In this document: positions 10,313-18,570 of the stretch, piece after piece
Numbering within the stretch: the first letter of the stretch is position 1
Layout: the number at the start of each line of letters is the position of its first letter
Assembly: GCA_964569695.1 (NCBI GenBank)
Contig: CAZMUA010000016.1
Coordinates: 5,270 to 69,269 of the forward strand
Source: an uncultured Woeseiaceae bacterium
GTDB lineage: Bacteria > Acidobacteriota > Vicinamibacteria > Vicinamibacterales > UBA823
Length of the DNA stretch: 64,000 nucleotides
Reading direction: 5' to 3'
Position numbers and translations under genes: made by a program
Notes under the pieces: model-generated
Seen by the model: only the letters and a program-made list of their open reading frames with translations
Database searches by the model: none
What the model was told of the DNA's origin: nothing

Positions 10313-11302
10313 TTAACCTTCTGATAGTTGTTCGAGGTCAACCGATAGTTCAGCTGCAAGGCGCTCTCCATTTGGGCTCGTGTATGTGACGACTCCTGTA
10401 ATTGCTTGGACTTCGAACGAGAACTCACTTAAAGAACGGTTGTCGTTCGTTGGCCGGTTGAACACCACCTCCGTGCGATGTTGGGTTGTCCTCCACTCGC
10501 TAGTTGGGAATACAGCGGCGGTGACCTGGCTTGGGAACCATTCAATATTGTAAGGAAGCACTGTCCATTGCAGAATCATCTCTGGTTTGTCCATGGTCGT
10601 AGGCGTGTGCACACCTGTCCGTAGTTCTGCACTGAAAGGCCGGTTTGGTGCATCGAGACGGGTGGGAACTCGAGTAGACCAATTCTCAAAACGCGCAACG
10701 TTACCATGATTAATGAGCCGTGTTCCTGATATTGAGACTGGTAGTAGTAATTCAATGAATGCTTGTCCGGGTAGGCACTCTTCTTTACACGCCAGCCAAT
10801 TCACAGTGGCCGTTAAATGCCATTCATGATCTGGATCATGGTTGGAGGACTGCACGTCGGTCTGTAGCAAAACCTGATCGCGATAGCCATAGCCATCTAT
10901 TGCGTCTGGTGACCTGACTCGAATAGGGGATGGCCAGCGAAGCCGACCATGTACAAAATCAGGAGGTAATGCGAAATCAACCTGAGTCGGGTCACCAGAT
11001 GCACCTGGATTTTTCCAGTAGATAAACCATCCAGGTTCGATGTCAAGCAGGACTCCAAGTTTAAAGTCGTTTCCAGACTGTATGATGGAAACATCGGCAA
11101 TCAGCTCGACGTTCACCGGTGATGCTTGTGGTGCGAGGGGTCTGATCTCAGCCAGTTCCTGATTTTGAGCACTCGGTTCCAAATCGGTTTCGGACGGACT
11201 TCCACATCCAAAAGAAACACCGAGTATTAAGGTGCTAGTCGTAAGGCTTACGAGTGCGCTGTGGTTAAAGGCTCTCACATTTTTCGAGGCTTGGTAGGAC
11301 AT
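10313..11302 (-). CDS. Lipoprotein with a DsbD N-terminal (DsbD-alpha)-like thiol:disulfide domain
   Basis: Lipobox GVSFGC. Motifs GWFIYWKNPGASGDPT and WLACKEECLPG are characteristic of the DsbD_N family. Confidence 0.6.
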   Translation of the reverse strand: MSYQASKNVRAFNHSALVSLTTSTLILGVSFGCGSPSETDLEPSAQNQELAEIRPLAPQASPVNVELIADVSIIQSGNDFKLGVLLDIEPGWFIYWKNPGASGDPTQVDFALPPDFVHGRLRWPSPIRVRSPDAIDGYGYRDQVLLQTDVQSSNHDPDHEWHLTATVNWLACKEECLPGQAFIELLLPVSISGTRLINHGNVARFENWSTRVPTRLDAPNRPFSAELRTGVHTPTTMDKPEMILQWTVLPYNIEWFPSQVTAAVFPTSEWRTTQHRTEVVFNRPTNDNRSLSEFSFEVQAITGVVTYTSPNGERLAAELSVDLEQLSEG

Positions 11303-11478
11303 GTCGAAAGCTTAAGGCTAAAGGCTGTTTATCTCTGAAGTCAACCCAAGGTTGCCTCAGAAAACAACAATTTTTGTACTTTTTGAACAGTCGATGGTTT
11401 GAGGTCCTCCTTGTGATATTTTTCTTGGACATATGCGTGTTTCGTTGATTGACTGGACTGGCCCAAGGGAGGCTTCGA

Positions 11479-13839
11479 ATGTTTTTTTGGTTGAATGGAA
11501 TCATTGCACGGGTGCTACTGATCGGACTAATTTCTGTTGGCACTGCCCTTTCGGTAATTGCACAGGATAGGCTGTCAGCTGGCGTCGAAGCACTCACGGC
11601 AGAAGATTATGCCCAAGCCGAACAATTCATGAGCTATAACACCGCACCCCTAGTCTCCGGTGCGACCGTGCTGCCAACTTGGCTTGAGAATGATCGTTTT
11701 TGGTACCGCAATATAACAAATGAGGGTACCGAGTTTGTGTTGGTTGATCCTCTTGAGGGTACACGTCAATTGGCATTTGATCATGCTCGCCTGGCCGAAG
11801 CGCTATCGGCAGCGACTAACTCCACATACCGTGCCGAGACGCTCCCGTTTGAAGTTTTCGATTTTGCATCTGACGGCCAGACCGTTGTATTCGAGCTTGA
11901 TGATCAGGCGTGGCGTTGCGATGTAGGGGTGGTTGAATGTGTGACCGGGACGCAAGCCGCATCAGGGTCAAATGAACAATCTCGAAATGATGCTATATCC
12001 CCAGACGGCAGTCTTGCTGCATATCTTCACGATCACAACATTTGGGTACGGAATCAGGAAACAGGTGAGGAAACACAAATCACCTTCGACGGTGTCGAAG
12101 ACCTTGCCTATGCCACTGACAATGCAGGCTGGCGTAGAAGTGATCGTCCAATCGTAGTGTGGTCTCCAGATTCCAAGAAGCTGGCTACCTTTGTGCAAGA
12201 TCAGCAAGATGTGGGGAGGATGCACCTTGTGGAAACCCGGGTAGGGCACCCGATCCTCCATTCGTGGGTGTATCCGCTTCCTGGTGATGACGTCATCACA
12301 ACAATTCAGCGGGTCGTGGTAGATGTCGAGGAAAAGCGCGTTATACGTTTCTTGATGCCGGCTGACCAACACCGGTCCACACTCTGTGACGATCTGCCAT
12401 GTCGAGGTGTGTGGCGCGACGTCCAATGGCATCCGGATAGTTCTCGTGTGGCCTTTGTCTCAACGTCTCGCGATCACAAACAGGCGCACTTGAGGATTGC
12501 TGATGCAATGACTGGAGAGATTCGTGACTTGTTCGAAGAGGTTGTCGAGACGTTCTTTGAATCAGGCAATGGGATGGTGAATTGGCGTTACTTGCCACGT
12601 TCTAACGAGATCATTTGGTTTTCGCAGCGTGATGAGTGGGGCCATCTTTATCTCTACGACCTTCAGTCAGGAGAATTGAAGAAGCAAATTACAACTGGTG
12701 TTGGTAACGTGACGCAGTTGTTACGGGTCGACGAAGAAAACCGTTTACTGTATTTTCTTGGTGTCGGACGAGAACCCGGACGGAATCCCTACTATCGTCA
12801 TCTTTATCGTGTTGGTTTCGATGGTCAGCAACTGAAGTTGTTAACCCCTGAGGACGGCGATCACAATGTGACACTTTCGCCATCGGGTCAATTTTTCATT
12901 GATCGTAATTCAGAACCAGATGTACCACCGGTTGCAACACTACGAGCGGCAGACGGCCAAGACATATTAACGTTAGAGCAAGCGGACATCACTCGACTAA
13001 CTGCCACGGGCTGGCGCCCACCGCTTCCATTCACGGTCAAGGCGCGGGATGGCGTAACTGATTTACATGGTCTTCTGTTTCGACCAACCAATTTTGATGA
13101 AAATCGTCAATATCCGATCATTAATCAAATTTATCCTGGCCCCCAAACAGGAAGTGTCCGTGGTCGTAGCTTTGCAGCTTCGCGTGGAGATGCGCAGGCA
13201 CTGGCCGAACTAGGTTTTGTTGTGGTGCAGATCGATGGGATGGGTACACCTTGGCGTTCTAAATCATTTCATGAGGCGTATTACGGCGACATGGGAGATA
13301 ACACGTTACCAGATCAGGTGACAGGTATGCAGCAATTGGCTGCACGGTTTGCATGGATTGATCTTGAACGGGCCGGCATTTATGGCCACTCAGGTGGTGG
13401 CTATGCAACGGCGGCAGCTATGTTTAGGTACCCTGATTTCTTTAAAGTTGGTGTTTCTGGAGCGGGGAATCATGACAACCGCGTCTATGAAGATGATTGG
13501 GGAGAGAAGTGGCAGGGTTTGCTGACTCGCTCTGCGGACGGTTCGACCAACTACGATAATCAGGCCAATCAGAACATTGCAGAAAATCTATCGGGTAAAC
13601 TGCTTCTCGCTCATGGGACGATGGACACCAACGTACCCGTGTACAACACCTTACTCGTCGTCGATGCGTTGATTAAGGCAAACAAGGATTTTGATTTACT
13701 ACTACTCCCAAATCGCGGACATGGTTTTGGCAATGAGCCCTACTGGATCCGGAAGCGATGGGATTATTTTGTCAGGCACTTACTCGGGGCAGAACCTCCC
13801 CAAGGATATGCACTTCGACCGGCTTCGAGTACTCGCTAA
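11479..13839 (+). CDS. S9B dipeptidyl-peptidase IV-family serine peptidase (beta-propeller plus alpha/beta hydrolase)
   Basis: ATG at 11479 preceded by GGGAGG. Signal peptide present. Nucleophile IYGHSGGGY. Acid and His segments HGTMDTNV and NRGHGF. Confidence 0.85.
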   Translation: MFFWLNGIIARVLLIGLISVGTALSVIAQDRLSAGVEALTAEDYAQAEQFMSYNTAPLVSGATVLPTWLENDRFWYRNITNEGTEFVLVDPLEGTRQLAFDHARLAEALSAATNSTYRAETLPFEVFDFASDGQTVVFELDDQAWRCDVGVVECVTGTQAASGSNEQSRNDAISPDGSLAAYLHDHNIWVRNQETGEETQITFDGVEDLAYATDNAGWRRSDRPIVVWSPDSKKLATFVQDQQDVGRMHLVETRVGHPILHSWVYPLPGDDVITTIQRVVVDVEEKRVIRFLMPADQHRSTLCDDLPCRGVWRDVQWHPDSSRVAFVSTSRDHKQAHLRIADAMTGEIRDLFEEVVETFFESGNGMVNWRYLPRSNEIIWFSQRDEWGHLYLYDLQSGELKKQITTGVGNVTQLLRVDEENRLLYFLGVGREPGRNPYYRHLYRVGFDGQQLKLLTPEDGDHNVTLSPSGQFFIDRNSEPDVPPVATLRAADGQDILTLEQADITRLTATGWRPPLPFTVKARDGVTDLHGLLFRPTNFDENRQYPIINQIYPGPQTGSVRGRSFAASRGDAQALAELGFVVVQIDGMGTPWRSKSFHEAYYGDMGDNTLPDQVTGMQQLAARFAWIDLERAGIYGHSGGGYATAAAMFRYPDFFKVGVSGAGNHDNRVYEDDWGEKWQGLLTRSADGSTNYDNQANQNIAENLSGKLLLAHGTMDTNVPVYNTLLVVDALIKANKDFDLLLLPNRGHGFGNEPYWIRKRWDYFVRHLLGAEPPQGYALRPASSTR

Positions 13840-13853
13840 ATCATGCCTCGCGC

Positions 13854-15101
13854 TTATTGCGTAATTGTTGCGTTCACTAGTTGGGCAATTGCCGCGAGGG
13901 TGGTTTGTGCGGAAGCCAACCCTAATCGAAAGTCGTCGTCTGTGAATGTGTCAAACACATCAGTGGGCTGATGCCAATGTGGGTCCCAGCCGGCACCGAT
14001 GTGAGCGCCACGTTCATTCTCCCGTAAGCTGATGGCCGGCACCAGGTCCATAAAAGGGGTTGAATCGGTATTGGTCATGTGCGGACCAACCGTGGCTGGA
14101 TAATCGGTTGCGTATGCATCATTGGTGGCCTTGAAAAAGAAAGCGAGAGCCCGAGCCTCAGCCGCCAATTCCGCAGTGGATTGGAATTCAATATTGATGT
14201 CCGCTTCAGGTCGTTGGTCTGGACTGACGGTTCCGTCGGCCCGTGGCGCACCGTGATCGAAGAGCATCATGTCGTGTTGCACCATGCCGAGCCATCGCGG
14301 TTCTGGATAGTTACCAGAACCCGGTGGGACTTCTTGCCCCTGTAATGCTGCTCGTTGTTCGACGTACGCTCGACTTCCGTTGAGGCCTGTTTCTTCGTTG
14401 TTCCAGAGGGCAAAGCGGATCGACCGCTCGGTCTGGACATCAGGAGCGTTAAAAATACGTGCCAATTCCAGCACAATTGCCGTGCCAGAGCCATCGTCGT
14501 TGGCGGCCTCTCCCCATCCATGGCCGTCCATATGGGCACCGATAATGTACATTTCACCGGGATTCGTCGTTCCGATTTTCGTGCAATAGACTTCCTGTCG
14601 TGGACCATTAGTCGCTGGTTCACGATTTATTTCACGTAAACGTTCGTTGGGCTGCTTCAGTGGATCGGTATTCACGCCAGTGGCTCCCCGATAACCAAAG
14701 ATTGAACTTCCTCCAGGACCTGAGCCGTTCCGCCCAATCTGTTTGCCTGTTGCCGTGGGGCCATCGACATTTAATGGATTTTGCGATCGGCGGCCTGATG
14801 ACCTGTTGCGTGGAGCTGGATCGTGGATGTAGTCAATTCGTTCAGTGGTCGTACAGCCGACACTTTGCAGCTGAGCTTCAATCCAATCAATCGCCTGACG
14901 ATTGCGTTCAGTGCCTTGCCGTCGATCGCCGAACTGGGTCAATCCTTTAAGCGTCGTCTTGTACTGCGTCAAATCTAGCCGGCTTACCAAGGTTCTGACG
15001 TCCTCGTTGTTCGGATCAGGTTGCTGCGCTTGCGCCGTGGTTACTGAGGAGGTCGCGACTAGGAGCAGGGAAGTGATCACAAGAAAAACGTTTGTTCGCA
15101 T
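13854..15101 (-). CDS. Exported M28-family aminopeptidase
   Basis: Start refined to the ATG at 15101 (signal peptide MRTNVFLVITSLLLVATSSVTTAQA). Zn-ligand segments IGAHMDGHGWGEAANDDGSGTAIVLE and WNNEETGL. Confidence 0.85.
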   Translation of the reverse strand: MRTNVFLVITSLLLVATSSVTTAQAQQPDPNNEDVRTLVSRLDLTQYKTTLKGLTQFGDRRQGTERNRQAIDWIEAQLQSVGCTTTERIDYIHDPAPRNRSSGRRSQNPLNVDGPTATGKQIGRNGSGPGGSSIFGYRGATGVNTDPLKQPNERLREINREPATNGPRQEVYCTKIGTTNPGEMYIIGAHMDGHGWGEAANDDGSGTAIVLELARIFNAPDVQTERSIRFALWNNEETGLNGSRAYVEQRAALQGQEVPPGSGNYPEPRWLGMVQHDMMLFDHGAPRADGTVSPDQRPEADINIEFQSTAELAAEARALAFFFKATNDAYATDYPATVGPHMTNTDSTPFMDLVPAISLRENERGAHIGAGWDPHWHQPTDVFDTFTDDDFRLGLASAQTTLAAIAQLVNATITQ

Positions 15102-15129
15102 GACGTGAAACCTTTCTTGTCTACCTTTG

Positions 15130-15699
15130 TCAGTTATCCTGAAGTGCCGGATTAATATACCCCGCTGGTAACACACGGTCAGGGTCAGGTCGGATACTCA
15201 GATACGTGACGTGATCTTCAACGTGTTGCCAGCCATGAAACAATCCTGCTGGAATGACGATAATGTCGCCTGCTGACACCTGACGACTATACCCATCACG
15301 TGTGGTCGCCGAAGCACCTGGCCCTGCGAGGATGGTTACCGAGTCGCTGTCGGGTGGTCGGGCGACTACATCGAGTAAGGTACCGCCTGTTGTCAGCGTT
15401 CCAGATCCTGACACGACATAGTACACCTCAGTGACTTTTGAATGCGTAAAGCCGGTAACGGCAGTTCCATCAGGCGCTACAGGACCACGATGCAGGATCC
15501 CGATCGCGACCTGCGAATGTCCGGTATCGATGACCCTGACCTGTCGATCGACACCGCCATCAGGGCTGTTAAGCACCGCCTCAATCTCGGCCTTAAGAAT
15601 GTCGGTTGCTGGCAACGCGTCTGCAGTTTCCTGAGCCATCGCGACGACCGGCAGTGATAGGGTGCAGCAAATCAGTATCGTCAGTAAATTTCTTGGCAT
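15130..15699 (-). CDS. Exported cupin-domain protein
   Basis: Start refined to the ATG at 15699 (signal peptide ...LPVVAMAQE). Cupin motifs GFTHSKVTEVYYVVSGSG and GDIIVIPAGLFHGW. Confidence 0.6.
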   Translation of the reverse strand: MPRNLLTILICCTLSLPVVAMAQETADALPATDILKAEIEAVLNSPDGGVDRQVRVIDTGHSQVAIGILHRGPVAPDGTAVTGFTHSKVTEVYYVVSGSGTLTTGGTLLDVVARPPDSDSVTILAGPGASATTRDGYSRQVSAGDIIVIPAGLFHGWQHVEDHVTYLSIRPDPDRVLPAGYINPALQDN

Positions 15700-15755
15700 T
15701 CTGATACTCCAAGTGTCTCTTTTCCTGGGCAATCTTCGACTAATGCGAAAACGGT

Positions 15756-16643
15756 TTAAGGGTCTGGTGGCGTACGAGAACGGCGTTCGTATTGTTGTCT
15801 AAGTTCTGGAGAAAGAGGATAGACGTCGCGAAAACGATGATCTCGCGACCGCAAGAGTTCACGCTGATAATCCTCCGCCAAATCTCCTGCGGCTGCCTGT
15901 TCGAGGATCGTTTCCACGAGGTGAGCTGGGAAAAACAGGATTCCTTCTTCTTCTGCGACGACGATATCTCCAGGCAATACGGTGACCGTGCCGAAACGAA
16001 TTGGCGTGTTCCAGTCTGCGCCGAGCCAGCTCGTGGTATGTACGTCGAAGAATCGCGCAAACACCGGAAAGTCTGCGAAGTCATCTCCTTGGAGTTCACG
16101 AAGGTCGCGGCTCCCACCATCGATCACCACACCCGAAACTCCCCGCAGCTTGATCCCAAGAGCCCCCATGTCGCCAAATAAATTGTGGCCGTCATTGCCT
16201 CCGAGGTCTGCAACAATCACATCACTTGGTTGAGCTTCTTCTGCTGCTCGCGCGTAGTACCGACGGTCCCAGTCACCTTCTTTGGCGAGTGTATCAATCG
16301 CGTCGACAAAGTCAGGACGTGGAGGGAGGAACCGCATCGTTAAAGCACGACCAACAAGCCGAGTCCCAGGTTGGGTACTAGTAAACCCTCGGACATAGTT
16401 GACTTTATAGTCGCCGAGTGCTCCCCAAATTTTTTCAATTTGCAGTGTTTTCAGTTGGTCGAGTTGTGCTTGGGTCACGGTCGTCCGTTGCGAATCAAGT
16501 ACGTCCATAATTGCGGAATAAGACGTTCGATTGGCACGAAAGCCGTCTGGAACTGGGACCGGAGCCTGGAGTTCTTGTGCGAAGCTATTCGCTCCAATGA
16601 GAAGGTATGAAAACGCAAGCAACGAGAGGACCCATGAACGCAT
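15756..16643 (-). CDS. Exported RraA / HMG-CHA aldolase-family protein with a ~100-aa N-terminal extension
   Basis: Signal peptide MRSWVLSLLAFSYLLIGANSFAQE. Core VIVADLGGNDGHNLFGDMGALGIKLRGVSGVVIDGGSRDLRELQ matches the RraA-family signature (V.V.D.GG...GD..A....G..G.V.DG..RD). Confidence 0.75.
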   Translation of the reverse strand: MRSWVLSLLAFSYLLIGANSFAQELQAPVPVPDGFRANRTSYSAIMDVLDSQRTTVTQAQLDQLKTLQIEKIWGALGDYKVNYVRGFTSTQPGTRLVGRALTMRFLPPRPDFVDAIDTLAKEGDWDRRYYARAAEEAQPSDVIVADLGGNDGHNLFGDMGALGIKLRGVSGVVIDGGSRDLRELQGDDFADFPVFARFFDVHTTSWLGADWNTPIRFGTVTVLPGDIVVAEEEGILFFPAHLVETILEQAAAGDLAEDYQRELLRSRDHRFRDVYPLSPELRQQYERRSRTPPDP

Positions 16644-16740
16644 GAACAGTCTCCTTGAAGGGGCAAACCATGCTGGAATGCGAGCAGAACTATCCTATGA
16701 AACGTAAGAGCCTTTGAACGGCTACAGGACCACGTGTGTG

Positions 16741-17628
16741 TTATTGCTCCGCGTTAAGTTCAGCGTAGATTGCTTCGACATTGGCTGCAGCGCTGGCGAT
16801 TTGACCCACTTGCAATTGGTAGTCGGCATAGCGGGCTGGCAAGTTCAGCGACTCGGTGGTCTCTTGCGCCGACTTACCCTCGGCCATACCGCGTCGCACT
16901 GCTGCGAGGAAATCACGGTTGAATTCTCCGAACTCTCGGAAATCGGCCCAGCTTGAGATTTCGCGGTGTCCAGGGATTACAGTATCGACGCCAGTAATGC
17001 CGTCTGCAGCCCCTAACACCGTATCCGGGTACTCGACGCCACTGCCACCGTTGTTGGTGTCAATGAATGGCGTTCCTTTCCAAGCAAATAGATCGCCCGT
17101 ATGGGCTACGCCCAGCGAGGGAAAGACGATAATGGCGTCACCATTCGTGTGGCCTCTCCCAAAGTAATACAGATCGATTTGGTCGTCTCCCTCAAGCAGT
17201 GTGAGTGTGTTGTCAAAGGTTCGACTTGGTAAATACTGTTGCCCTGCCGCAGTCTGAAACTGTTCCATCTTTTCCATGTTGATCTTGGTATTCGCATGCG
17301 CAACTACTTCGACTGGCTGTGCAAAATCCGTATTACTACCCACATGATCAAAATGCGTATGGGTATTGAGAATCATCGTGACTGGTTGGTCAGTTACGGT
17401 CCGAATCTTGTCAAGAATCGCATTCCCCCAATTGGGCACTTTGGTGTCGACCACCACCACACCGTTCTCTGTAACAAACGCCGCAGTATTGCCACCCCCA
17501 CCCGTAATGACGTACAGGTTGTCTTTCACCTGTTCGATTTCAGCGACGTTCTCTTGGGCACCTGGCCCAGTCACTATGGCCACCACGCCTACAGCGATCA
17601 GTACAATCGATGCCAGAGCTCGCTTCAT
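16741..17628 (-). CDS. Exported MBL-fold hydrolase, paralogue of 3005-3910
   Basis: Signal peptide present. LNTHTHFDHVGSN. EQVKDNLYVITGGGGNTAAF is identical in both copies. RBS GGGAGG. Confidence 0.85.
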   Translation of the reverse strand: MKRALASIVLIAVGVVAIVTGPGAQENVAEIEQVKDNLYVITGGGGNTAAFVTENGVVVVDTKVPNWGNAILDKIRTVTDQPVTMILNTHTHFDHVGSNTDFAQPVEVVAHANTKINMEKMEQFQTAAGQQYLPSRTFDNTLTLLEGDDQIDLYYFGRGHTNGDAIIVFPSLGVAHTGDLFAWKGTPFIDTNNGGSGVEYPDTVLGAADGITGVDTVIPGHREISSWADFREFGEFNRDFLAAVRRGMAEGKSAQETTESLNLPARYADYQLQVGQIASAAANVEAIYAELNAEQ

Positions 17629-17739
17629 TATTCGCCTCCCAAGAAAAATGTGTACAACAGCGGAAGTATACCTGAGTCTGGTTCGGAACAGCCAGAGACT
17701 CCGTCACTTTCCCTGTTTAGCTTGTTGCTAGGTATCACC

Positions 17740-18426
17740 TTAGCGGGTCCGTGGTGAGGTGCCAAGTACGTCTCCTTCCGTCGTCACGCCTAAGCCATTG
17801 AGCACACGGTTTGCATAATTAAAGTAGGACACCACCTGATTCGCTTCAAGAATCTCACCATCTGTCGCACCGGCGCTCCGGAGTCGCTCAATATCTCCTT
17901 TTTCGAGATGTCTCGGTGTGAGGGTGAGTTGTCGCGCGTAATGGAGTAAGGCGAGTTCCTTTCCTGAAAAGGCCATAGCGGGTTGATCGCTTTCGAGCGC
18001 TTCAAGAATCGTATCCGTTCGTTTGTCCTGATTTAACGCATGACGAAGCCCAAGAGCATGATGTGCCACACTGTAGTCCCCGTGGTTTAAAAGACTCGTG
18101 TAGACACCAAGTGTTTCAAGAAACCATGCCGGCAGTTGATTCGCTGGGTCATGCAGCACAGAGCGGTACAGCGTGTAGTGACCTTCCAGGGTGTGAGGGC
18201 GAAGGCTGTGCACCTTCACCACATTGTCAATATTTCCGCTAGCGCCACCAACGATATCGTAGAGGCGCCGAAGCTCACCTTGGGATGCCTCGTAAGGCAC
18301 TACACGAATCCAACTGAAGGGTACAGTGACCCCTTGCGAGTCGCTGTCCGATTGCTCAGTGGCAGGTATGGGCAGACTCAGCAGCAAAAACCCCATGGTG
18401 AGTAACAAGCTGGGCTTCGAACACAT
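17740..18426 (-). CDS. Exported AhpD/carboxymuconolactone-decarboxylase-like (peroxidase-related) protein lacking the CxxC cysteines
   Basis: Start refined to the ATG at 18426 (RBS GAGGTG, signal peptide). The motif SLLNHGDYSVAHH aligns position for position with the family signature S..N.C.YC..HH. Confidence 0.6.
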   Translation of the reverse strand: MCSKPSLLLTMGFLLLSLPIPATEQSDSDSQGVTVPFSWIRVVPYEASQGELRRLYDIVGGASGNIDNVVKVHSLRPHTLEGHYTLYRSVLHDPANQLPAWFLETLGVYTSLLNHGDYSVAHHALGLRHALNQDKRTDTILEALESDQPAMAFSGKELALLHYARQLTLTPRHLEKGDIERLRSAGATDGEILEANQVVSYFNYANRVLNGLGVTTEGDVLGTSPRTR

Positions 18427-18570
18427 GACACACCTCACTTCAAGCAACTAGGTTAGAGACTTTTGCCATAACACCCTCGAACCCTGTTTTCGGTCCGGGT
18501 GACTAAAAAAAGTATACCTTGACGTACTGGGGGTCGTAAGTTGAGATAGGAGTTACAGCAGGAGGAGTGC

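Noticed and set aside
10264-10428. Apparent 116-nt overlap between ORFs 9247-10428 and 10313-11302
   Set aside because: The first 55 codons of the long ORF are hydrophilic and unconserved-looking. The internal ATG at 10263 gives a textbook signal peptide and removes the overlap.
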